From positions 2,418,001-2,482,000 of the forward strand of contig OZ176055.1 in the NCBI GenBank assembly GCA_964247055.1: a stretch of 64,000 nucleotides of DNA. Reading direction: 5' to 3'. Below the pieces are notes generated by a model, which was given only the letters and a program-made list of their open reading frames with translations, was not told the DNA's origin and did not search any database. The position numbers and the translations under genes were made by a program. Position 1 is the stretch's first letter; each line of letters opens with the position of its first letter. Shown here piece by piece: positions 26,387 through 38,745 of the stretch. This DNA is from Paragordius varius (Eukaryota > Animalia > Nematomorpha).

Positions 26387-28381
26387 AAACAAATGTGAAT
26401 ATTAGAGTTTCGGGGAGACTTTTATAGAAATAATTTATTAAAAACTTTAAAATATGGTTTTTTTACCTATTGATATGATAATGGTGTGCAACTTAAATTA
26501 TTACGTAATATAATTTTATTGAGTTTTAAATTTATACTTAATTAAGCCAGTATTGGTATATAATAATTCTAACGGTTAATATGATTTTGTTTGATATTAG
26601 TATATATTTTACCTATTTGTAGAAATGATGTTTGATTTAAATTAAGACTAATACTGGATTTATAAAATTTGGTTATAAAATTTATTTAAATTACCTCATT
26701 TTTTTATACATATAATTTCATAACATTTTAGCCGCTCATCAATTAGAGATTGTAAGCCTTGTCTACTATTTTGCTCAAAACTAAATATTGAATCTCAAAG
26801 TTATATTAATAACGAAGTTTTGACTTATTCTAATAATGATGGTAATTTATATGACAAGTATTGTAATCAACCGCCATCATTTCCTTATCAAATGAATGCT
26901 TCAAATTATTACTATGCAAAACCAACTCAAAATTATATCCGCAAAAATCGCATTAATAATATTTATGATATTCCAAAAGATTTTGGGCATGTCTTACAAT
27001 GTAGGAGCCCATGTCCATTAGAAAAATCATTTATTAATACTGCACAAAACAATAAAAGTTTACCGTTTAAAGGCCTTATTTCACGTTATTTTAATCCACA
27101 AAAGGAAGAAAACAATGACCATTTGTATACCAACGATGTGAATGTTTTTAACACAGAACTCTTATTGTTTCAATACCTTATGCATATACGATTGGTAATT
27201 TATATCCGGTTGTTGATATTTTCAAATTATTTCTTTTTTATTAATAATTATGCTTTTTTTTAAATAGCATCAAATTTTATTTATAGAAAACACGTATATA
27301 TGTGTAAATAATGTATATATTTTAATATTATCTTATCCTCTATAGACGAATGAATATCGATGCTCAAATCAATGTCTTTCCTCACACCATATATCATATG
27401 TTTTTAATGATGCGGGAATTTTAAGAAATATTTGCCTCCCTACTATCATAGCAGAATCTGAAACGCAACATTCTTTTTCTGAAAAGTATGGTTAAATAAA
27501 TTTTTTTACTAAAATTAACTGATTATCAATCCAGGTGTGGCCAACCCTCGCCATGCAAAAATTTTAGAAATTCATAATTTGCAAAATATACTCAAAAATC
27601 TTAACAAAATTGATAATTATCATACATCTTTTTAAATTAATCCATGCAATCGGCAATGAACAAGAAAAATTTGGCATTGTACATTTTTATGCTTGAAATT
27701 TAATCAAATATTTATTAAAGCCCATATTTATTTCGAATGACGCCCGCCAATTTTTTTGATTTGAAAATGCAGCCCACGAAGCCGTATGCACCCTTGATCC
27801 ATACAACTGATGATAAAATGTTTTAAGACATTGGCCTTATGAGATTTTTATACAAGTTAAAACCTTTTCATATATATAAAAATCTTAATTAAAGGAAAAT
27901 ACCGGACCCATTAGTAATATACTTCACTTTTGCAAAAAAATTGACATTACTCAACCTACAAGTATTAAAATAATTTGTTTTTGGGGGTGCATAAATTAAA
28001 TTATATAACACGTGCAACTTTAATATTTTATAAAATAAAAGGCCCTGTTAAAAATTTAAATGCAGTTAGACCATACATATAGGGAAGTTATTTACATAAT
28101 TATAATGTAAAGATGGCCCAATTTTCAAAATTCAATATTGTATTGATGAATACAGAGTTACACATACCATAAATATATCCTTCAAAATTTCAATTTAATA
28201 ATTTTCACATCAGAATAATAAACTATGATCGAACCCGTATACTATGGGGTTGGCTTGCTTTTCCCATATTTCTTATTATACTTTGTGGATGTCTTATTCG
28301 ATATGTCATCGTTCGGAGAAATCACAAAGGATACAAACATTATTTGTAAGAAATTCAATATTTTAGATAATCACAATATAT

Positions 28382-28426
<45 letters not shown>

Positions 28427-31400
28427 GTATATATAATTAAAATGAAAATATAACTTATTATTTACAACAAGAATTTTAATTTTTTTAGACAAAATATAAA
28501 AAGTAAAATCCCTTTTATCACGTATTATTTGATTTTAATTTATGATACTGCAATAGAAATGAGTGTGTTACCAATCTTATTACCTTATTCAACACCAAAC
28601 GATAACTTTTTGAAAAATGTGATTGTTTTTTATAATAAATATATTTTTCCTGTTGTTTTTCTTTGTTAATTTATTGTATAAGCTAATCGATAACTTATAA
28701 CAATAATCAAGGATTAAAAATGTTTAATTTTGAAAAATTATACTTTTTTATTGCCTTTTTGTAATTTAAATTTATACAATAAATTAACTCATATATTTTA
28801 GAATATATAATTTTTTATTTTCTGTCATAAATACGGTTAGTTGTTTGAGTCAGGATTCAGATCAATTTGATCCATACAATTTGCAACGAAAATTGGATCT
28901 TTCATCCGATTGTAATTCCATTATGGAACTAAAATCTACTCCCCCATTCGATGCAAATAATATTGAAATTAGAGATTTTTGTCAATCGGCTCATATAAAT
29001 TCTAAGTTTAATTACTCAGCCAGCAGGGTTACGAATAACCCATGTTATGCAACATCGATTAACCCATCACCTATGGGGACGGCGATGGAATCTAAAAAGT
29101 TTTTATCTTGTGTGACATAAATTCTTTATTTATATAAAATATAAGTTTTGTTTTAAAAGAATTCGCTCAATAAATAAAATAAAAAAATTTTGGGTACTGT
29201 TAGTTATAATAATTTCATAGAAAAAATATTATCTTTATGGTAAAATTTTAGTTTTTATAACATAGTTAATTCGATTAATATCCCTTAGTTTATTGTAATC
29301 GATGTGTAAAATTAATGATTTCATTTTTTGAAAAAAAGCAATTACATAAAATTTTATTAATTTAGAAATTTTATCAGTCATTATTTGCATGGAAAGTTTT
29401 TGTTTAAATAAACTTCGAGAGTGTCCTTGAACAAGTTTGTCCTACTTTTTTAAGTTTAAAATTAACCAAATTTTATTATGTATTTTGTTATATTAAATTT
29501 TTTAACCTAATTTTTATTATTTTTTATAAATATATTTTTAAATTAATATTTTTCATTCAAAATCTTTTTTTGTGTCGAACTATTTTTTTCCGATTCAATA
29601 ATATTATTAATTTAAAAATGTTTTTAACCCATATACGTATTAAATCTTATTGATATTAAAATAAAAATTAATAAAGATATACGGTTTCTGAATAACTAAT
29701 AATTTATATTCATTTACAAGTTTACGGTAAATAAAGAGGGTATTCAAAAAATGATAGGGTAAATGAATAATCTTTGGTTTGATTTAAATAAAAATGTTAA
29801 AGGACCAGCTTGAAATGCATACGGTCGAAAAAAATATCACCTCATATATCTTTTTAAGCAATATTATTTTTATTTAAAGGTTAAAGGTTTTTATTTTTAT
29901 GTAACATTTATTTTTTCTATATGCAGATTTCTTAAAATTGCCAAAAAAGATGATATCACCTTATCTACTCTCATTGGTTCTGGTGCGTTTGGCACGGTTT
30001 ATAAGGTAAAATTTTTGTTAAATATTTGGATTTAAATTTTTTTCTTTAGAAATTTAACAATTTATTTTTTTTATTTTAGGGATATTTGAAACAATCCAAC
30101 GGCAAAGAAATGGTTGTAGCTATCAAAGTGTTAAATAATGAAGATTTAACTAATAAAATTATGGAAATAATGGAGGTAAATTTTTATTATGAAATTTTAG
30201 AAAATCTTTTTTTTAATTTAGCGGTGACGGTTATAATTTTTCTGCTTAATAGAATTTTGTAATAAAATTGTCAGTAAATTGAAAATGCACCCACCTCCTT
30301 ATAATTAAAAAATGTTTTAAAGTAAAAGAAAAATATTTAAAATTTATAGTTAATTGTTTAATTTTTAATGTGCATATATTGATTTGTTCCATGTAGGAAA
30401 TGTATTTGTTATTTATCGTGAAACATCCAAATTTACTTGATGTTATTGCCATATGCCTGCAACCAGAATTCCTAATCCTAACAGAATTTATTGAGTTTGG
30501 GAGTGTCCTTGATTTCTTGCGAATTTGCTCAAAAACCAATATAAATATGAATGATTATAATAACACAACGGACAATTCACACAATAGTTTACAAACTGTT
30601 GATGATAATAAAAATGATAATGTTGCGTTTGTTAAGGCCCGTAATGAATTTTGTCAAGCCTATTTGTCCTACATGTTAATATGGGCACGACAAATTGCTC
30701 AGGGGATGGCTTACCTGGAGAGCAAATCAATAGTTCATCGAGATTTGGCTGCCCGAAACATTTTAGGTTATTGGTATTAAGATTAAATATTTTTTGGATA
30801 TAATTACAGAGTTAAAAGGCTAATATATAAATAATTTGGAAAATTGACAGAGTATCATGCTAGAAGAAGGTGTTAATTAAACATGATTGCTTTTTTGCAA
30901 TGTTTTAACTTAACAAAATGCCTAAAAATTATCTTTTTTACATTGTTACAATATTCCCACTGCATTATATCAATTATATCTTAAAAATGTTTCACAAATC
31001 TTTTTTTTCCGATTTTATTATTAACAGTGAAAATAATATTTTCTCTTAAAAATATCATACTTTTTAAATTAAATAAAATGTTGCGCTTGTGAAATATATA
31101 TTTTGTTTTATTCTTTGATTTAGAATACACATATATTAGGATTATATAATTTATATTTTTTATAATTCATGCCTTTTAATTATAGCTAAAAACATTGATC
31201 ATGTAATCATATCCGATTTTGGTTCTGCTCGTTTAATTAACGCATATGACGATGTATACAAATCCCGGGGTGGAAAGGTTTAACTTTAATTTTTAACAGT
31301 TTTCGCTCTTTAGATGCCTTTTAAATGGTTAGCTCTTGAAACGATTGAAACACTCGTGTTCACGCATAAATCCGATGTATGGGCCTATGGTAAATATTTT

Positions 31401-32698
31401 TTTATAGATTTTTGGTTTCTTTATTGCAAGCAATCTAAAATTCTTTAATTTATATTTTGGTAACCTTATAGTAACATGATAAAAATATCGAGTTTATACA
31501 AAAACTTTGCTTTTATTGAACTCGTTTTTGGTTAGCGGGCTCGAATAATATATGTTTCACAAACATTCAATTATATTTTTATCTGCATACACGGATTTTT
31601 GACCATAAAATTTATGTATAGGGTAATTTTAGGTAAAATATAATATAAATTTATTGGAATTGCCGTAATTCAGCAGTCTTATATACCTTTTAATATGTAT
31701 TATCTTTTTTACATATTTTTTCATTTAATTTATTATAAATCTATTAATTATAAAAATGTTTTTACTTATTAATTATCTTCTCTTAGGTATAACTTTGTGG
31801 GAAATATTTAGTTGGGGTCAACATCCCTACAACAATGCCAATATGTATTCCGTTTTACGCCAACTTAAGGAGGGATATCGACTAGAAAGACCCATTTGCT
31901 GTCCGGATTATGCGTATCAGCTGATTAGAGATTGTAAGAAAATTCATTTTGTTTTTATTTTTACTACATTCAACAAAGATTACTTAATTAATTCCAATTA
32001 TTTTTATATGTTTTACTTTTTTTACGATATAAGGTCGCTAGGTGATTATAAATCTTTTGGTAGATTTGATAATATGGCTTTATTTATTTAACAAGGCATT
32101 ATCCTCTAGAAACGGAAAATTAATACAATTTTATTGTAAAATTTATTATGCCTAAATCCAAATATAATGATTATTTTACAAACTTTTATATTTGTTTGAC
32201 CAAAAGTTGTTTTAAGGAATAATTATTTTAGTACCATTTTTAATAATTATTGTTTTGATTGAGATTCTATAATTAATCCACTAAAATTGGACGTATATTT
32301 GAATAAAGTCAGCATTAGTTGCTGCTTATTTCACAATATAATACGTTCGCAACACTGTATTGTATGGAAAAAAGAAAGGAAATAATTGTTTATTTAACAT
32401 TTTGTGGTTTTTTCCATACACTACTGTATTTCAAGCTTTTCTATAGATAAAAACCATTAAAATGCATACTATTATTGTTTTTAATGGTATTCTCTGTGTT
32501 TGGACCAATATTTGCTATACATATTCATATAGAATTTTAACTGTTAAATTTCCGTAAAAATTAGATTATTAATTATTTTTCAAATATTTTTATTGAGGCT
32601 GGCATGAACAACCTAACATGAGACCGAATTTTTTAGAAATTGAAAAAAGATGTGAATTCTTTTCCGAATCTCCCAGGGTGATCTCACATTCCAATTAG
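20940..32698 (+). CDS. EGFR: EGFR/ErbB-family receptor tyrosine kinase (about 1593 aa, 19 exons)
   Basis: Exons 20940-22596, 22852-23088, 23873-24125, 24968-25282, 25550-25637, 25905-25976, 26155-26327, 26732-27194, 27346-27485, 28214-28345, 28489-28521, 28841-29098, 29927-30005, 30080-30175, 30397-30766, 31186-31277, 31314-31389, 31787-31933, 32598-32698 give 4782 nt in frame. Domains in order: signal peptide, receptor-L domain (IQEVTGYISI, YSLYI, FANNKALC), furin-like Cys-rich repeats, second L domain (IELITGYLHIS, LAFFSALEEIRG), TM helix ILWGWLAFPIFLIILCGCLI, kinase motifs GSGAFGTVYKG, VAIK, HRDLAARN, DFG, MPFKWLALE, SDVWAYG. Confidence 0.92.
23120..23292. mobile_element. TA-flanked Tc1-type MITE with a nested internal inverted repeat
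   Basis: ta|CAGTATGCATTTT...AAAATGCATACTA|ta, with inner inverted repeat GCAACACAG..AGTGTATGGAAAAA / TTTTTCCCATATACTATTGTGTTGC. Other copies at about 32330-32472, 41630-41790 and 63638-63800. Confidence 0.7.
23626..23806 (+). mobile_element. tRNA-derived SINE (copy 2), head resembling tRNA-Glu(CTC)
   Basis: GGCGTGATGGTATTGTAGGTAGGGCGCCGGACTCTCACACTGTGTGCCTGAGTTCGAACCCCG has A-box-like and B-box-like motifs and a CT-CTC-AC loop. It shares about 180 bp with 16661-16842. It lies in an EGFR intron. Confidence 0.75.
24630..24920. mobile_element. Short MITE of the TATACCATTT(A/G)CAC family with about 21-bp TIR sub-repeats
   Basis: The left end tataccatttacacc is followed by repeated ttgaacaattcaaattc(a/g)ccc units, with reverse-complement units at 24840-24915. 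Related copies at about 46271-46490, 47770-49154 and 49640-49856. Confidence 0.6.
26345..26381. repeat. (TA)n microsatellite; others at about 22615-22636, 28385-28417, 46610-46634 and 50130-50150
   Basis: Direct reading of perfect TA dinucleotide runs. Confidence 0.95.
27533..27810. mobile_element. Probable hAT-type MITE remnant
   Basis: Starts CAGGTGTGGCCAACC (a Charlie-like TIR start); the right end is only degenerate (gcacccttg). Confidence 0.35.
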
Positions 32699-33653
32699 AT
32701 AATTGAAATGTTTTTTTATATTATTATATAGTATTAATTATATTTTTAAATTAATCAATATGTATATATATATAATAATATAGCAATCATGCACATATAT
32801 CTTTTTTTAATATCTCTTAGATCATTTTTTTAAAAATAAATTTTTATATTGCTTTGGTGCATTATTTCTTAATCTTCACATGTTTACTTTTTGAAAAAGG
32901 GTTATAGGCGTTGGCCTTTAAATTATAATTTAAGGCTATAAATAGAAAATTAATTTTTTTTAACAGCTATTAGAAAACTCGATAATAATATACTTAATTA
33001 ATGCCATAAACTTACGAAACTAAATATAACTCCTCCTAATATGTCTTATAAGCACCATACACCCCCCATTTTCCATTATGAATCATATGTGTCTACCATT
33101 GCAATATTTATTGTGGGCACCGTTTATAATGTGACATATAGAAAAATTTGAAATTATTCGAACTAAATGTAAAAATATAAAAACAAAAACCTTAATTTTT
33201 CTTCTATACAAGATATTTAATTACAAATGTAAAATACATTATTGATTGTGTTACCAATATACATCTCTATTTCACACTTTGCATTTTAAATATCCAGTCA
33301 TATTTGAAAAAAATGAAGTTTAAAAGTATCCGTCTTTTAAAAAAATTATCTGTTTTTACGGTATATATGAATTTCTATTGTGTAATTATATGCATACCCA
33401 TTAAGTAAAACTTTTCATTGCAGTCATCTTTTGTTGCGTTTCAATTTAATTGGAAAGTCAATTGTCATCACTTCTGTGCTGCGTTGATATTTATTATGAA
33501 CAAAACAATTTAACACTTTTTGCAAACATAAATAAATAACTGTTGACTTGTAACGTTATAGCAATTATCCTAACATCTTTAAGGATAAGGTAAACGAAAC
33601 ATAGAGAACATAAAAATAGTATAATATATCGAATCAAATTATTTAACCATCAG

Positions 33654-35957
33654 AATTCTAATTCTTGACATAAATAGCTTCAGTCCGTGTTTAATAACAG
33701 ATACATCATCATCCCCATATAATTTTTGCGCTATAAATAATGAAAATAACAGCATCATTAACAATGAAATCGGAAGAAAAATTGTACCGTATTTGGCTGA
33801 TAAAAACAATGTTTTATACATTGATAAAATAAAAAAATTTAAAATTTGTTTGGCCACATCCATTGATATACCATTTTTGTGTCAAAAAGGGAACAAAGAA
33901 TTAAATTGCAGAAATCATCTCAATTATATCCAGGACATATTTAATAACTATCACGATGCTTTTTTGGTTGCTAAAACTCTGACAAGAGACAGGATAATTG
34001 GTAACACCCAGCTAAATTCAATAAATGTTAACATAGAATAGTTTTTATTTTAACATTATTTGATATGGAACCCATTTGTTTTATAAAATTTAATTTTTTA
34101 AGTGTATAGTACAGTAAAAATAAATTTATACAGAAAGACATATATTTTTTCAAAAAAGACGATCATATTATACCTTGATTTTTAATATAACTCATCCTTT
34201 TATGGTGCAAAATAAAAATAGAGATGTATTGCATCCTATACTCATTTATATATAAAAAAATTCAAATTATAATGTTTATTTAGAAAAAATCAAGTTTTGA
34301 AATTGTATGGTGGTTTAAAAAAACATTTGTCTATTAATTTGTCCGTATAAATTTTTTAGACATTACATATATACATGTTTATAGGAAGTGTTTTGGCAAT
34401 AAATTTTTTGGAGAAGAAAATATCTACCATTAGTTTGTTTTGGGTAGATAAACATTTTCAAAAAATGGGAATCGGAAAGCAGTTGATAAAAACTCTAAGG
34501 ACTATTGTCGCAATCGATCAAAGATTATACTGTTGTTCGTATGAGGCTATGATTAACACGTATCGTAAATTTGGGTTACACCCTATTGATAGAAGTATTC
34601 ACCTTATATTATTAGTATATGTGTGCTTTAAATAACAGTAACCGCCTATAAAAATAAACAAACAAATTTTTTTGAGAATATGTTCATCAGCTGATATACA
34701 TAGAATGATAGGGGAAAACTTGGTCAAAAAAGTGTGTGCGAAAGTTTTTAGTTTTAAAAACGTAACTATAAAAAAATTTTTATTCATCAGTTTTATCGAC
34801 ATAAAAACGATTCTCCATTTGCTCAATTGAAACCACTTGTTTTGTAATATAAAATATTTTTAATTTAATATTTTATAGCATTAAGGCAGGAGCATTCAAC
34901 ACACACGCATGCCGACCTCCGAAATATTTCTGCAGCCTGCGAGAAATATTATAATATTTTACACTAAATATTGATTTTCTCAAGCAATTTTGTGACTAAG
35001 TCTTTTGCCAATAATTGAACGAGAGTAAAAATTCTTAAAATAAACAAAAATCTAATTAAATATTTTATATATTTTCCGAATGTGTCCCGTCGGGTTTTTT
35101 GATCCGAAATGCGACTCGCCAATCCATTTGTGCTGGACATCTATGCCTTAAATGTTGATTTACTTTTAATTTACTAAATGCACCATATACATTCTATCTG
35201 GTTTTAATTGATTAGCTATGACTGTTGACTGTCATACGCAGTTATTTTATTGATTTGTCCCTTTGATATGATCTTCTGTATAATATATATTGTAGTTTGT
35301 GTATATTCCAATCCATATATGTCCATTCTACGATTACAACATCTCATTAAACGGTTAAACAAATTTAGGATTATTAATATGCCTGATACTTTTCAAATAA
35401 CTATTGATCCCAAACATAAATGGTTTTGTGAACCTCCGTTATGGGAGAAATTAATCGAATACGACACCTTTGTTCATCTTTGCGATCGGCATAAATTTTT
35501 GCATAGTTTACTCAGAACGCATGAGCAAACTTATACAATTGCCTTATTTCATCACAACAACACTACATTCTCACCTCAAAACAGTAATGAAATTTCTTGC
35601 ATAGCTTACGGCGCTTTAAGACCCATGAATAATGAAGGATATACTTTAGGGCCTTTATACGCTACTAAACCGGAATTTGCTTCACATATATTAGCACAGA
35701 TTTGTAAAATAGTTACTAAATTAATCGTTAAATCAAATAAATACAATAAAACTCTAAATGCATGGTGTTCATTGGCATTCACTGCTTATAGTCAAAACAA
35801 TATTGATGATAAAATATTTGGCAAAAGTAATCTTATCACTGAGATTGTGCAATGTTTGGGCCTTACCGAGGATTCTGCTTACCGATTGGGATCGCAACCG
35901 TTGAAATTACCAAAGGAACAAATATACTTTTTCACAGGATCATCATTTATAGTTTAA
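33654..35957 (+). CDS. Two-domain GNAT acetyltransferase, YitH/Acetyltransf_18-like; 5' end unresolved
   Basis: Exons about 33654-34000, 34385-34594 and 35296-35957 splice in frame. Domain 1: LVAK...IIGSV...ISLFWVDKHFQKMGIGKQL...YRKFG (acetyl-CoA motif A). Domain 2: WEKLIEYD...DRHKFL...YGALRP...GYTLGPLYATKPEFASHIL, the typical YitH C-terminal pattern. No in-frame ATG found. Confidence 0.75.
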
Positions 35958-37627
35958 GCCAAGTTTTAGGGTGGCAGTATTAAATATAATTTGTAATGTT
36001 ATAGATAACATAGATACATTAATTGCTGAGTTCTTATATAATATTTATAGCTCATTTTAACCCAATAAATTAGTGGATTTCATATTTTATGTGTATGTTT
36101 GGTTAATTAACTACCAGATCCAAGTGCCTAAGACTTGGGTGTGTAAAAAATTTAGGACAGTATTTAAAAAATATTTTTGCTTTGCATTTCTTATGCTGGG
36201 TAACATAAAAGTATGACCTAGAAGCGCGATAAAAATAGTAGTAATAAGCTGAACTTACACAGAAAAGGTATATAAGCACTGGAACAGATAAAAAGTAATT
36301 TAACATATCTATTCTAATATTTATTAGTTTTTTGCCCTTATTTGCCAGTTACCAATTTGGTACCAAGAAATTTATTAAAAAAGCTATGCAGCTCGAATAC
36401 TAATAGTACTATGGTTTATATACATTTTTACAATGTATATGTTAAAATGTATAGAGGAGTTATGCCATGGATAATAATAACGAAAATAATTTACTTTTGA
36501 TGATTCTTAAAATACTTTAATATATTATTGCTTTGCCGGTTCTCCTCTTTAAGCGGAAAAAGACACGGCGATTTCACATGAGAGCCCCAACGAACGATAA
36601 TATTAATGGCTTTTATTTAAATAAGTTTTATATGTCCAAAAATTGCTTTAGGGTCAACACCATTTTACAATTTCAAATAGCGATTCCTAAACCTTTTTGC
36701 AATCATAATTTTATTATTTCTATTTAACTTAGTAACACATGATATTATAATGGAAACAGGATCCTCATGTTAGCTTTTATTTTCTAAAACACCCCGTACA
36801 AAAAGTCATTTCGCTAAATTAGTCCATTCTAGTGTAATTCAAAAATGTGAATTAGAAGGTAAACTAGGAAAATTAAATTTTCAATAGATAATGTTCCTTG
36901 CTAATTTATTATCGTTGGATTTAATCAAAATTTTCATGAAGCATTTAGTTCTTATATATAATTCCAAATTTATTACATCATTACATTTTAAGTCGTATTT
37001 TTTTATGATATTTTCTACATTGTGTTGTCAAAGAGAAGCTACAATTTCTATTATTACGAAATAAAGATGCATATTATAGGTTTTGGTAGAAAACATTACC
37101 TATTATAGTACATACAAAAAAATCCGGATAATATTATATATAATATAGGAATTAAGCTCACAGTCTTTTGGCTTTGGACATTAAGAGTGTTAACATAAAA
37201 ATCACTTATGTTGTTATTAAGCCATATTCGCTATGATTTGAACTTGGATACAACACATTCATTCAGTCCTTCGATTCCAAGTGGGGTAGTTATATACTCC
37301 AGGTGTGTTTACAATTAATTAGTTGAATAAATATAGTAAAACCATATAAAAGTTTGCACTTATATAACATTAATATACAGAAATAAAAAAATTTATATAT
37401 AAATGCCAGGTATAACTTATTTTAAGGTAAAACCCAAAGGTAAAAATTTAGTCAACATGACATATTAGCAAAATTTTTAAAAAACACAAAATAAACCACT
37501 TTTCTTTCTATCATATTTAATGTCATTTAAATAAAAATTTTATTTTAGCTTTAATATCAATTAAGCCTGATAATGGAGTCCACAGTATGATATAAAACTA
37601 TTTATTCAAAAGTAAATTTGTTTAAAA

Positions 37628-38745
37628 TGTGTGTGTGTGTGTGTGTTTTGATGCAGTCGAGGTCGACTTTTTGCAATATTATAAAACTTCTCCATATATT
37701 GCGGTTTTTATTTCTAATGTTAAGTTCAGCCAAGGTTGCGTGTTTATTGAATATTGTCCATCCACCTTATCTTTTTTCGGCCCCTTTTACCCGCTAACTT
37801 TACCTAACATCAAGATTTCCAGTGAATTAGATCTCATAATGTGGCTAAAGTGGGACATTTCGAGCAATCATGTCGGGATGGATTTCATTCAAATTTGAAT
37901 TGTTAGTAATTTTATCCGATTTTATTTGTAAAAATTTTCTCCACATTCACATTTCAAAGGAGTTAATTATTCTTGTCGGATTATTTTAAAGTCCAACTTT
38001 CAGACCCGCAGAAGAAAGTTGGAAAAACGATGGCATTTGCAAGTCAAATTTCGAGCTGACATCATGGGATGCCCAGATTTTGTTATAATAATTTGCGGCC
38101 GTTTTAGCCATGGCTATCCTTCGTTTTATCTCGACATATTATCATCACGTATTAAGCTCCCAAGATGTGTAACTTTATACGGTTTCAATAGTGTTCACGT
38201 TAGTGTTTGGAACTTTTAAATAAAATATGATCTATTTTTTGAAAGATTGATCTGTAGCCCATACTTTTGACACTCATCTACAAAATGCTGTAGTATAAGA
38301 GTCAATGATTTTGGGTTTCTGCGAAGTCCTTGTCGTCTGCATAGTAAATAGAAGTTACATCAGGTCCTCCAACCTGATCGCCGAATGAATCGGGTATGTT
38401 TCTCATTATATATTCAAGATATGCATTAAACAGATAGATGACGACTTTGGGTTATTTTTATAGTTATATTAGAAGGCATAAATTGGGATTTTTTTCAGCA
38501 GTTTTTTAAGAATATTAAGTTGAATATAGTCTCTGAATATTGATCCGCCAATTTGAATACAATGTTAAGAAAATTTTAAAGCTGCCTCATTCCAAATTTG
38601 ATTTAAATACATTAGAACTCATTTATAAAGAGCTAAATACTTATGATAATATTTAAATTTGATGCGGGACTCGAGAGTCCACAATGTGACCCTTCTAAAT
38701 TGGTCGAAATCGAGATTGCGCCATAAAAGTAATTGTTACGAAATT
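37628..38745 (-). mobile_element. 5'-truncated, degenerate RTE (BovB-like) non-LTR retrotransposon with a (CA)n tail
   Basis: Minus-strand remnants YLFNAYLEYIMRN...VGG...YYADD, HLGSLI...IKRRIAMAK...NKIW, ESWTLK, HFSHIMRS...LMLGKV..RG..RWMDNI. It ends in an ACACAC tail (37628-37645), as is typical of RTE 3' ends. Confidence 0.8.

Noticed and set aside
36100-36480. Possible minus-strand membrane-protein exons (NRYVNYFLSVPVLIYLFC...)
   Set aside because: Upstream splice phases could not be reconciled and no family was recognised.
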